Source: Macrostomum lignano
Taxonomy: Eukaryota
Assembly (NCBI GenBank): GCA_002269645.1
Contig: NIVC01000527.1
Coordinates: 248,001 to 312,000 of the forward strand
Direction: 5' to 3'
DNA length: 64,000 bases
Shown here: positions 52,686-63,141 of the stretch, one piece after another
How the letters are laid out: each line of letters begins with the position of its first letter
Numbering within the stretch: position 1 is the stretch's first letter
The notes under the pieces: model-generated
What the model was told of the DNA's origin: nothing
What the model saw: the letters and a program-made list of their open reading frames with translations, nothing else
The model's database searches: none
Program-made: the position numbers and the translations under genes

Positions 52686-53492
52686 GTAAGGGCAGATAAT
52701 TTTACGCGATGGCTCTTTTTTTATACTTTTCTTAATTGAGTCTCAGCTCTCAACAGTTTTCCTTCTCATCCATCCAAGCAAGGCGTTCATTCTAACCTGT
52801 TAGATAGTGCTTCGTCCAGCCTATTTGACAGTGTCCGTGATTCTCTTGCTAGCGAATTGAAGCTTCGTAACTTCGTAACAAAGATCAGATCCAATCCATC
52901 CATCAAAACTTTTCTATAGAGCCAAGAGATTTTTTATTCTCACGCTGTATAAGACAAGAGAGCAGAGCAGAAATTTCAACTCTAGAATATCCTTCTAAGT
53001 AGAATGGCATTCATTCGCCGGGGCTGTTGCCCCCAGGACCCCGGGTCCTGCACGCAATGGCGTGGTGAACTATCTGTGCAGTATGAGACTGGTATGGCCC
53101 TTATCCCAACCAGCGATGCTCACACCTGCCTCCCCTGGCGGGCTGATAGCTAAAGAGACTCTGTCTCCTGATTTTCACCTTGCAAGGCGCACTTCGAAGG
53201 GTACTCGTCCCGTGGGTGTTAAGGCAGGCTCTCGGGCCTTGCCGAGCTAATTCGTTGGCGCCGGGTCCTGGTGTGACCATATAAACGCACCCTCTAATGT
53301 CCCAGTGTAACTCCGTGCTGATGGACGCTTGGCCAGGGAGTAGTCTGGTCGCTAACGGTTCCCCTTGCGCTTTTGGGTCCCCCGCAGGGTGGTATTTCGC
53401 TTTTTGGGGGCCTGCCGCTTGGTTTGGGGTTGCGGCCTTGCGGCTCTTTGCCTGTGTTCTGCAGGAAGTCCCACCTTTTTTAATTCCAGCCA

Positions 53493-55013
53493 ATGGCTTC
53501 TAACCGAAGTACCCAACCGGCTGTGGATGACACAGTGCCTCCGGCCTCGGCTGGGGCCGTGGACTCCGCGGCCATACCACCTGCTACCATCGGGGACGCC
53601 TCGGCGAGACCCGTGGAGCCAACTCTGAGCGGTGCCTCCGAGAAGACACCTGCTACTCCAGCTGCCAAGCAGCTGAGCACCACCTCTGGAGCTGCCCGCC
53701 GTCGACTTAACAAGGCGAGGCGGGCCAAGGAGGGCGGAAGCCTAACCGGCGCCAGGGGCCAACGGCCCGCGGCAGCGGAAGCTTCCCAATCTGGGGCGGT
53801 GGCGGAAGAGGGCCTCGAGCCCACTGAAGCCCCTGTCCAGGATGGGGAGGCCGATGCAGCCGGGAGGGTGGACAGCCCACCTGAAAAATGCTCCACCGAC
53901 CCCCGGGCCTCCTACGCTGATGCGGCAAAGAGGCAACCGGCGGTTGTCATTCTGGGGAAGGACGCGCGCCTGTCTCCCGATCAGCTGAAGCAGGTGAGAG
54001 GTGCCGTTGATGGCCTCCTGTGGAAGCAAACTCTGAAGGGCACGCCTCTGAACATTCATTCGAATGCGACGAGGGACTCGTGCCTTCTCATTTGGCCCAG
54101 TGATGCTGACTCGGGTCGGCGGCTCCTTGAGCTGCTGCCCGAGCAGAGCTGGGACCTCAACCTAGCCTTCTGCAGAGAGGACCAGCGCCCCCGGACCAAG
54201 AGGCATCGAATCTGGGTTCCGGCCAGGAGCGTTGTTACCTCTGCTGACGAGCTCCGGAAAGGACTGCTAGCAGTCAACCGGGAGCTTCCCGCCGCGGGCC
54301 TAGTGGTGCATGACACCCTTAAGCGCACCGACGGCACTGGCTTCACAGCCATCCTGGGGCTGTCGGACGCCTGGATGAGGCGCTATCCGCACGGCAGCTT
54401 CATCAACGTCGGCCTTTGGAAGCTGCGCATCCGCTCCTACGAGGCCGACCCTCCCCGTGGTGGTGAGCAGGGCGGGCGGAATGCCGAAGCAGCCGGGGCC
54501 GTGGCGCGAGCTTCTGCTCAGGCTGCCAAAGCAAACCGCCCCGCCCGGCAGCACGGCCGCGCGGGTAAAGCCGAGCGCGCTGCTGAGGGCGGAGGAGACC
54601 GACGCCCGGCACGCAGCACCAAGCGACGCGGCCTGTACCAGCGTGCAGCTGAGGCAGTCCGTACCGCCAAAATCACCCAGCTGAGGAGAGAGGTCGCCGG
54701 GACGCCTAGGCGCACCAGTTCGTCCAGGGAGGGTGGGGATGTCCCAGCTGGGCCCAACCCCTCGGGGCAGGGCCGCCTGGAGACGGACCCGCCTGCCCAG
54801 GCGGCTGGCTGCTCCAGGGCATTGGGCCAGTCTGAAGCGGAGGACCCCATGGCTGGTGGGCGAAGGGCGGCGAACGCTGCCTATTGCCTTCCGACCAACC
54901 GGGGGCCTTTTGCTGAAGAAGAGCCCATGGACACCGGTGACCCCGACCCGAAGCTGGTGAGCGCCGAGGAGGAGGAGGAACTCCTGGCGACTGCAACACC
55001 CGATCTGCACTGA
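53493..55013 (+). CDS. retrotransposon ORF1 (gag-like, DUF4780-like core)
   Basis: 506-aa ORF; RPRTKRHRIWVP...GLLAVNRELP recalls the DUF4780 domain of LOA-type ORF1s (from memory). Stop overlaps the ORF2 ATG (TGATG). Confidence 0.8.
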   Translation: MASNRSTQPAVDDTVPPASAGAVDSAAIPPATIGDASARPVEPTLSGASEKTPATPAAKQLSTTSGAARRRLNKARRAKEGGSLTGARGQRPAAAEASQSGAVAEEGLEPTEAPVQDGEADAAGRVDSPPEKCSTDPRASYADAAKRQPAVVILGKDARLSPDQLKQVRGAVDGLLWKQTLKGTPLNIHSNATRDSCLLIWPSDADSGRRLLELLPEQSWDLNLAFCREDQRPRTKRHRIWVPARSVVTSADELRKGLLAVNRELPAAGLVVHDTLKRTDGTGFTAILGLSDAWMRRYPHGSFINVGLWKLRIRSYEADPPRGGEQGGRNAEAAGAVARASAQAAKANRPARQHGRAGKAERAAEGGGDRRPARSTKRRGLYQRAAEAVRTAKITQLRREVAGTPRRTSSSREGGDVPAGPNPSGQGRLETDPPAQAAGCSRALGQSEAEDPMAGGRRAANAAYCLPTNRGPFAEEEPMDTGDPDPKLVSAEEEEELLATATPDLH

Positions 55014-58000
55014 TGCCAGCGGCTACCTGGTGTCTGCAGATCAACACCCAGCACTGCGTGGCGGCGTCAGTCAACCTGATGCGCACGACAGAGCAACAGC
55101 TTCCGGGCCTGGTCTTCGTACAGGAGCCCTGGATGACTAAAGGTAAGCCAAATAATGTGCCATCTGACTACCACTGTTTTTGCATGGCGGACTCTCAATA
55201 TCGCCCAAGATCTCTGGTCTTTGCTGCAAAAGCTTTTGAAGCATGGATGAGACCTGATCTCTCGACTGGGGACATCTGTGTTGTTCAAATCAATAACCTC
55301 ATTCCAAATAAACCTGCGCTGGTAGCATCTGCCTATTTCTTAGGCGATGCCCCAGTAGTCTGCGACGCACTAGTCAACCTCATTGACTATGCCGCGTCCC
55401 GACGGTTCGAGCTGCTCATTGCAGGGGATGTGAACGCACACCACCTGCATTGGGGCAGCAAGAACACCAATAACAGAGGCGAGGAGCTGCTGGCCTACGT
55501 CAGCAGCACAAACCTCAATTTCTGTAACGTGGGCAATGCACCAACGTTCAATAATGGGCGGTGGGCCGAAGTCATCGACACCACCATCGCCTCACCCGGA
55601 CTGCTTTCCGCAGTCACGGGCTGGCGAGTGTGGGACGAGGACTCGCTCTCGGACCACCGCTTTATCCGCTTTTGCATTGGGCCGACCAAGCAAAAGCCTA
55701 AAGTCACTTGGAGTCGGAACGTCAGGAACACCGATTGGGCCGCCTTTGGCTCGAAGCTGAGCCGCGGCCTTCGGGATCTTGACCCCCCCCCAGTGACCTC
55801 TCTGACTGCCAGGTGATGGATGATCTCGCCTCCTCCCTGGGCGGGGCGATCACCACTGCCTTTGAAGCAGCCTGCCCCCTAAAGGCCTATAAAGGCAAGA
55901 AATCTGCTCCCTGGTGGAACCCAGAGCTCGGGGCCCTTCGGCGCCGAGCCAGGACCCTCCAAAGGCGAGCACCAAAACCAAAGACCCATCTGATATAGAG
56001 GCCTACACCCGTGCGATCCACGAGTTTAAGGGCCAAGTCAGAAGGGCCAAGACGGCCAAGTGGCGCCAATATTGCGAAGGGCTTGAGGGCTCTCGCCCCG
56101 TAGCCCGCGTGGTTAAGGCACTCACTAATGACCGTTTTTCTAAACTCTCTGTTGTGAAGAGACCTGATGGCTCGGTCACAGAGAGTTCGGAAGAGACTCT
56201 AGAGCTCATGCTCAACAGTTTTTTCCCTAAATCTCCGACTCAGCAGGGCCCGCCCGACCACACAGTGGGAGGGCAAGGCCTAGCAAAGTCTATGATCACC
56301 AAAGACCGCATTATTAGAGCGGCAAGGTCCTTTAACCCGTTCAAGGCGCCTGGGCCCGACGGCATCTACCCAGCGTTCTTGCACGAGGCGGTAAAAAACC
56401 ACCGCTTCCTGGATCTGCTCTGTCGTCTCCTTCGAGCTTGTGTGGAGCTGGGCTATGTACCAGTTGCGTGGAGAGAGGCCCGGGTGGTCTTTATCCCCAA
56501 GCCTGGAAAGAGCGACTACCAATCGGTGAAGGCCTTCAGGCCTATCAGCCTCACCTCTTTCTGCCTCAAGCTCCTCGAGAGGTTGGTGCTTTGGCGCCTA
56601 CTTTCGGTCGAGCTGAAGCGCTTCCCACTCTCGCAGAACCAGCACGCCTTCCGCGCGGGCAGGTCAACCGAGAGTGCTCTCCATGTCATTGTTGACTTCC
56701 TGGAGAGGGCCGTTCTTGGCAGCGGCTTTGCCCTCTCGCTTTTCCTGGACATTGAGGGGGCCTTCGACAACGTCATCTTCGAGGCCTTTTGCAGAGCCCT
56801 GGAATCCAGGGCCACGCACCCTCACCTTGTCCGGTGGATCATGTTCATGATCCGGAACCGCACTGTTGTGGCCCACCTGAACGGCAGCTCTCTTTCGGTG
56901 CCTGTCCTGAAAGGGGGCCCCCAGGGCGGCGTTCTCACCCCCGTTCTCTGGAACATGGTCATGGATGAGTTGCTTTGCAGTGATCTCCACGACCCCATTC
57001 TCAAGGTGGGCTATGCCGATGATGTGACCGCGATATGCGCGGGCCCCTCGGTTGATACCATCAGAGACCTTCTGCAGGGCTTTCTGGGACGAGCGGAGCG
57101 TTGGGCAAACCAATGTGGCCTTAGACTCTCAGAGTCGAAAACCACAGCAGTCATGTTTACCAACAAACTGGTCTGGACCATTAAGCCCCTCACCCTCTAT
57201 GGAAAGAATATTTCCATGGAGAAGCAGGTCCGCTGCCTGGGCCTCACTCTGGACCACAGGCTTAACTGGACTCCGCACATTCAAACTAAAGCCAAAAAAG
57301 CCCTGGCTGTCCTGGCTCAGATCAGGCGCGCCGTGGGCACCACCTGGGGGCTCACCCCCAGGAAGCTGTGGTGGATTTACACTGCCATCATCCGCCCCTC
57401 GATCAGTTACGCCAGCCTCGTGTGGGCTAGCGGCCTGAGCGTCAAGAGCAACCTCGACGCTCTCTACAAAATCCAGGGCAGAGCCTGCCGCATGACTATG
57501 GGCGCTCCACCCTCTACTCCTTTTGAAGGCATGAATGCCTTCCTCTGTGCCCCTCCTTTGGATATATATATCAAAGGAGAGGCGGCGAAGAGCACCCGGC
57601 GTCTTCTGGATGCTGGGGTGGCCTTCAAGAAAGTGCGGGCCTTTAAGAAGCGGTCGCTTATCCCGCACTCTGACCTCTGCCTCAAGGCTCTCGAGGAGTG
57701 TGGCGGGCTCAACATCCTCACGGACTCGATCCCAGCCACCCTTCTCCTGAGCCAAAGGTATAAGGTCACCATTCAGCCTCGACACGAGGCGAGTGACAGC
57801 TGGAGCGATTCTGAAGTCCACTGTTACACTGACGGCTCTATGAGGCATGGTCGTTCAGGCTTCGGAGCTTGCGTCTTCTTTAAGGGAGAAGTGGTGTGGA
57901 GCTACTCCCAACACACTGGGCTCAACTCCAGTGTTTTTCAGAGCGAGGTGCTTGCCATCAGCTCCTGCGCGGCAGAGCTGCGCCGAAGGCAGCTTGGCGG

Positions 58001-58715
58001 CCGGAAATTTATTTTTCACTCTGACAGCCAAGCTGCCCTTCGGGCCCTCTGCCGCAGCACCGCCAGCTCCAGGTCCGTCCTGGACTGCAACACCCAGCTC
58101 AACGGGCTTGCGCTAGGCAACCAAGTGGAGCTCAGATGGATCCCGGGCCACGCCGGCTTCCTCGGCAACGAACGCGCTGACCTGCTGGCCAAGGCTGGCT
58201 CCGTCGGCGCGCTGCTGGGGCCGGGCCCGGGAGCCCCCATCCCCGCCTCGGTGATCAATTCCCGCGTTAAGCGCTGGGCTGACTCCGAGCATCTCCGCAG
58301 GTGGCACGACACCCGGAATTGTAGGCAATCCCGTGCTGCCGTCCCCTGCCCCTCTCCTCTCCTGCGTAGAGCCCTCCTCAGGCTCAACTGCAGAGACCTC
58401 AGAGCAGTTAGCATGGCCCTCTCCGGGCATGGCTGCTTCTCTCGTCACCGTTTCCTTCAGGGCCAAGTACCCGAGGAGCGGTGCCCCTTCTGCCGCTCAG
58501 GCAGTGAAAACGCCGAGCATTTTATCTGCCACTGCCCGGTTTTCACCAGGGCCAGGCTTACTCACCTCGGGCCAAACCCGGTTCTCTCCGACGTTTGCAG
58601 GCCCGAGAGCATCCCGCTGCTCGCCCGGTACCTCAGGGACACCGGACGAGCTGATTTCTTCCCCACCGTCGGTGAGGAGGACCGCGCTGCAGGCGAGACC
58701 GACGGGTCCCCCTGA
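55013..58715 (+). CDS. retrotransposon ORF2 (APE endonuclease, RT, RNase H, C-terminal CCHC), with two 1-nt frameshifts
   Basis: VQEPW, GDVNAHH, SDH (APE); KAPGPDG, LDIEGAFD, GPQGGVL, YADD (RT); YTDGS, SDSQ, WIPGH (RNase H); CPFC...H...C. Frameshifts near 55790 and 55972. Confidence 0.93.
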
Positions 58716-59007
58716 GCGACACCACTTCAACGGAAGTCGTTGGTCGCCAGGGGCTAGCGGAATGGGCGGTCTCCTCCGCCTCCTCGCTGCATCCGCCGGA
58801 CGCCCCCTGCAGCTAAGTCAAGTTAAGTCAATGGCATTCATTCTCGAATAGCTACCCCAATTAGAAAAGAATTCCAATAGAAAATCTATAGGCCTAACAA
58901 GATCTAGTATATGATTATGAGTATATATACTGAACTTCTCTAGTACACCCACTGGCTGATATGAAAAAACTGCATAGCTATAAATTTTTCCACCTCACTG
59001 TTCTCAG

Positions 59008-59073
59008 ATTGCTGAAGACAAGACACATGAGAGTCCAAGCAGCAATTTTATTTCTGCTCTGATTCCATACCTG
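59008..59073 (+). CDS. recombinase-PWWP gene exon
   Basis: ttctcag| IAEDKTHESPSSNFISALIPYL |gtaagt; 66 nt, phase 0/0. Confidence 0.7.
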
Positions 59074-59977
59074 GTAAGTGCTATGATTCTATAGAAATGA
59101 ACTATTTTTTACTTAGGCTATTATTAGACTTTGTCTTATTATAAAGGAGTAGGACTAGTTCAGTTCATAGGCCTATATCAAATTTTTATAGAGCTACAGT
59201 TTTTTGTAACTAAGTTTTATATTTCCTTAGGCCTAGCTAGGCCTACTTAAAGCTCAACTTGAAGAACAAAAACACAAAACTAAATGCATATATTTATTGC
59301 ACTTATTTTGACTTAAGCTAGGAAAATTAAGCTCGCTTGAGTTTAGATTGAAGTGAACTGTTTTCTAGTAAAAAATAAACATTTTGTATTTATAGTTCTA
59401 TTATATATTTATAGATTTACTTTTGGATTTTGGATTCAGATTTACTTGCTTTATATTACTTTGAAGTTTTTTTGACTAATATATACATATTTAATAATTG
59501 CTAATTCTAATTATGCACTCTTAAAGGCCATGCAAGTATTGTAAATATGTATCCATTCTAGCTGTAGCTGGAGGTAGTTAGTCCTGAAAAGTATCAGATA
59601 TACCCTGACTGTTCATTGCAATTTGTTCATGGTTGATACAATCTAAACACTCTAGGTTGCAAATAATCAATTAATTCTAGATGGACAAGTGCAGTCCAAA
59701 GTGTCAGATCAGTTATATACATATATCTGTCAGGGACTACAAAGTTTACAAACACCCTTAAGACATGTATAGTATCTAGGCCATGCTTCTAGGTTCTAGT
59801 TGGCCTTTATCTAATGAAAAAATGAAACAGTTTTTGAAGTGCAAAATTCAACTATAGGGTAGTCACCCTATTGGAATAAATGACATTTATGTGGATGGTC
59901 ATCTGGCTCACTTTTAAAGAGTTTGGTGTGGCTAGGGTAGGGGGTTGGTGCAGTGCGGGTGCAGCGCAGCATGTGCT

Positions 59978-60037
59978 GGTAAACGGCGGGAGTAACTATG
60001 AGTTTATTTAGATAGTCAAATGCCTCGTCATCTAATT
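59978..60037 (+). other. 28S rRNA fragment (helix 69-71, R2/I-PpoI target region), copy 3
   Basis: GGTAAACGGCGGGAGTAACTATGA 24/24, middle 10/16, AAATGCCTCGTCATCTAATT 20/20 against the conserved eukaryotic 28S sequence. Confidence 0.85.
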
Positions 60038-60277
60038 TGTAAAGTGCATCAACCCCGATTTAGTGCTTACCACATAATTATAATTATTGAATAATTGTAA
60101 TTACCATATAATTACTTACCTAACCATATAAACCCGGATTATCATATAATTACATATATGGTAAAATACTCTTATCTCAGATCATAGGGGCATAGGTGCT
60201 TGGCACGCAAAATCTGAGGGCCTCGGCGCGTGTTTGCAGGTTTTGAGCATTTATTCCAATAGGGCGGGTAGACAAGG

Positions 60278-60375
60278 TGGCAGCCAAGAAAGAGGATCTG
60301 GTGGGCAGAGGAGGTGGCAGCCAAGGAAGAGGATCTGGTGGGCAGAGGAGGTGGCAGCCAAGGAAGAGGATTTGG
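60278..60375. repeat. 37-bp tandem repeat, about 2.5 copies
   Basis: Unit gtggcagccaaggaagaggatctggtgggcagaggag. Confidence 0.85.
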
Positions 60376-60657
60376 TGATGGTGATCATATCCAACCCCTG
60401 ATAATAATGAGTTTATTTCAGGTATTTTAGTATAAAATTTTATTGCATAGAAAAGATGTTATTGTAATGTTTCACTTAGTCCTTAAATTGTTGATTGCTA
60501 ATAGCTAGCTAATAAGAAGACATGTTATGTCCTTATGATCTACTTAAGCTACATATTTGGAAATTCTATTTAACAATGTATTGGTATTATTTATATAGGC
60601 CATTATTCAAATGGCTACTTAATTAAATTTCTTTTTGTTTATTTTTTAACATAACAG

Positions 60658-60795
60658 AACTCTCTGAAAGGAGCCATGGGTGGTGGACTGGCCGAATCAA
60701 CTATCAGGAAGGTTGGCTCATACATGAACCGACTGATGGACCTGATTGGAGCCAATGCAATTGAAGATGTAATTCATGAGTCACACCGAGATTTG
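60658..60795 (+). CDS. recombinase-PWWP gene exon (putative core-binding domain)
   Basis: ataacag| NSLKGAMGGGLAESTIRKVGSYMNRLMDLIGANAIEDVIHESHRDL |gtgagt; 138 nt, phase 0/0. Confidence 0.75.
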
Positions 60796-61118
60796 GTGAG
60801 TCATATACTATGCTCTTGAGCTGTTTGCAAATGGGCCTGGCCTACATTACATTGTCATTTTATTTAAATAAATTGAATATACTTTATAATTTAAATGTTT
60901 AAATACAATTTTTTTATTTTTTTATTTTCATTAGTCTAGTATTTTTTCTACGAGTCTTTGGTAATTCCAAGATGTCATACTTTTACTGCATGCTACAATG
61001 TCGAAATCAGTAATTGCAATATTTTCCTTTACTCAGGAATGCTTTGTATAGGCCCTAGCTATAAATTGTTACTGACACAGTTTAATACTGAAACTTTATA
61101 TCCCCACAATTTATATAG

Positions 61119-61328
61119 ATCTTGGAAACCCTGACCACTGTGACCTTCGGGGTCCTGAAAGAGATGGTTGGCAGTCTCCAAAAGTTGGGCGACTACCTGA
61201 CTATGAACCGGCTGAGCAGCATTAATGCCAGTGGTCTCCGCGACCACCTCACGAGCTTTTGTGCCTGTTGTCCAAAGTGGACACAGTACTATAACAAGCG
61301 GAAGAAAATCTATAATGCTGCACTAAAA
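61119..61328 (+). CDS. recombinase-PWWP gene exon
   Basis: atatag| ILETLTTVTFGVLKEMVGSLQKLGDYL...YNKRKKIYNAALK |gtgagt; 210 nt, phase 0/0. Confidence 0.78.
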
Positions 61329-61685
61329 GTGAGTAAAATTCATAACATCTGTGTAATTTGTTTACATATATTCTTTGTCACTCCATGCTGCTCTTTAATG
61401 TGCACTTTTGCATTCTTAGTTGTGCTGCAAAAGTTTTAGGGGAAAGTTATACATGATTTATGCTAAAAATTTTGCAGGCGTTTTAGCCTTGGTTTTGAGT
61501 TACTAATTCTAGCAGGCCAGTGTCCTGTCCTAGAAAGCCGGTATAAGGCTATAGTCACAAACAATACCCATTTTAACATGTTGGAGGTAAATTGGAGTTC
61601 ACCTGAAAAACTTATAAAGCAAAAAAACTCTTTGCTTTGTTTAACCTAACCTAACCTAACCTAACCCTAACTCTTTTTATCCCAG

Positions 61686-61931
61686 GACAAAAAGCATGCT
61701 CGCCTCCTCAGCGACAACCAGGTGGCCGAACTGATGGCCATGAAGGCTCACCTGCTGGCCGAGACCATCACGGATGATGCCAAGGCTGATGGAATTTCCG
61801 ACAACGAGATGCTGGCTTTCGGAATGACTGTGTGCTTCGGCAATGGCAACGCCAACCGGCAAGATGTGGCTTGCAACGCCACTCTGCAAGAAGTTCGGCA
61901 GTGGGCCAAAGACCCATCGAAGGAACTATGG
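61686..61931 (+). CDS. tyrosine recombinase exon (catalytic Arg I)
   Basis: cccag| DKKHARLL...GNANRQDVACNATLQEV...KELW |gtgagc; 246 nt. Confidence 0.82.
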
Positions 61932-62350
61932 GTGAGCCCTTTATTGAGTTAAACATTTGTCTGAAATTAGGATAAGAACTATAGTCACTGCAGGCGACTA
62001 TAGCCAACAATGGACTCCAAACTCTGAGCTTGGCTGGAAGAGGGCTCAGAGTTGTGTCAGGGCTGGGAGTTGGGTGTCAGGGGTCTCAAAGTTGGGTGTC
62101 AGGGGTCTCAAAGTTGGGTGTCAGAAGATTATGTTGGTGTATTTTATTTCTATATTAGCAGCTTGAAATAATCATCTATAGTTTGTGCTTGTACTTATAA
62201 GTTTTATTTTCCCTTATCAAACATATCTGCATAGTTTTATTGAAGCGGAGGAAAAATGGGTCGATTGCATAATTGTTTACAGGAATATAATTCATTTGAA
62301 ACATTGCATCAATTCTTAGTTTGAATATATATTTGACTGATATTATTCAG

Positions 62351-62599
62351 GTAGCCAAGCACAAGACCAGTGCCTACTTCGGCGCAGCTAAAGTTAATGT
62401 GGCCGAGTGCTGCAGCCTGCTGCTGCGGCTGCTGCGACGTCGCGAAGCCGCCAACCCAACCGACGGCGACGCCAATCTGCCGTTCATCAAGTTTAAGTAC
62501 GGCGGCTTTGACGGACTGTTTCGGGAACACCGAGAGAGTTTTAGTCCGCTGCTGGCAGGTGTCACCTGCACCGATTTCCGAATTTTTGTCGAAACGAAA
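62351..62599 (+). CDS. tyrosine recombinase exon (catalytic Lys, TxxR)
   Basis: ttcag| VAKHKTSAYFGAAKV...GVTCTDFRIFVETK |gtgagt; 249 nt. Confidence 0.84.
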
Positions 62600-62843
62600 G
62601 TGAGTGGCTATTCTAAGATGCTTTTCATATATCGACTACGTTACATAGATCATTTGGCTTCATTTTTCATTTATCACCAGAAATTGGGGGGGGGGCGAGA
62701 GTTTAGGAAGTGGCACTTCTGAGTCGCCTGTGCACCCGAAATCTGCTACTGGTCTAGTCTATTCCCATCATACCTGAAACTGTTAAATTCAGTAAAATAA
62801 CAAATATGTTTTATCTTCTTCAATTCGCCATCTTCCTTTTAAA

Positions 62844-62996
62844 GCACTACTGGCGGGCGAGGACCCGCAACTTGTGGCGGACCGGCTTTATCATACGCCA
62901 CAGGTGGCGCGGAATTTTTACCAGGTCCACACGGACTGGTACTGGCAGGCCGGTAGCGCTGTTCTGCAGCAAATAGTGAAGGAGAGCGCCGGAAGG
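62844..62996 (+). CDS. tyrosine recombinase exon (His III and nucleophilic Tyr)
   Basis: ALLAGEDPQLVADRLYHTPQVARNFYQVH...KESAGR |gtaagc. The obvious acceptor aaag| is 1 nt short of phase 0. Confidence 0.72.
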
Positions 62997-63141
62997 GTAA
63001 GCTCTGCTGAGAATTTCTTTTTGCCCTAAGCTGTCTTTTATGCTGCATGCTTCCTAATAGATAATTCCTTATTTATTTTCTAAGTCTAGTTAAACAAACG
63101 AGAATTAATGAAAGCAGAAAAATTTTCTTTGAAAAAATTAG

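Larger units (their letters stand above)
53017..58829 (+). mobile_element. full-length non-LTR retrotransposon, LOA/R1-type (ORF1 + APE-RT-RNase H)
   Basis: 14-bp TSD aatggcattcattc at 53003-53016 and 58830-58843; tail taagtcaagttaagtc; 5813 bp. Confidence 0.95.

Noticed and set aside
53017-53260. HDV-like ribozyme at the retrotransposon 5' end
   Set aside because: Several hairpins and a GCTAA motif are present, but I could not build a consistent P1/P2/P3 pseudoknot by hand. An RNArobo or Infernal search would decide.
53707-58730. Antisense and alternate-frame ORFs across the retrotransposon, CCDC22 and KCC exons
   Set aside because: They are shadows of GC-rich coding sequence with no independent motifs.
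59978-60037. Functional rRNA gene
   Set aside because: Only about 60 nt match 28S, with no flanking rRNA sequence.
61642-61673. (CCTAA)n telomere-like run
   Set aside because: Only about 5 units inside an intron; not evidence of a chromosome end or of telomere-targeted insertion.
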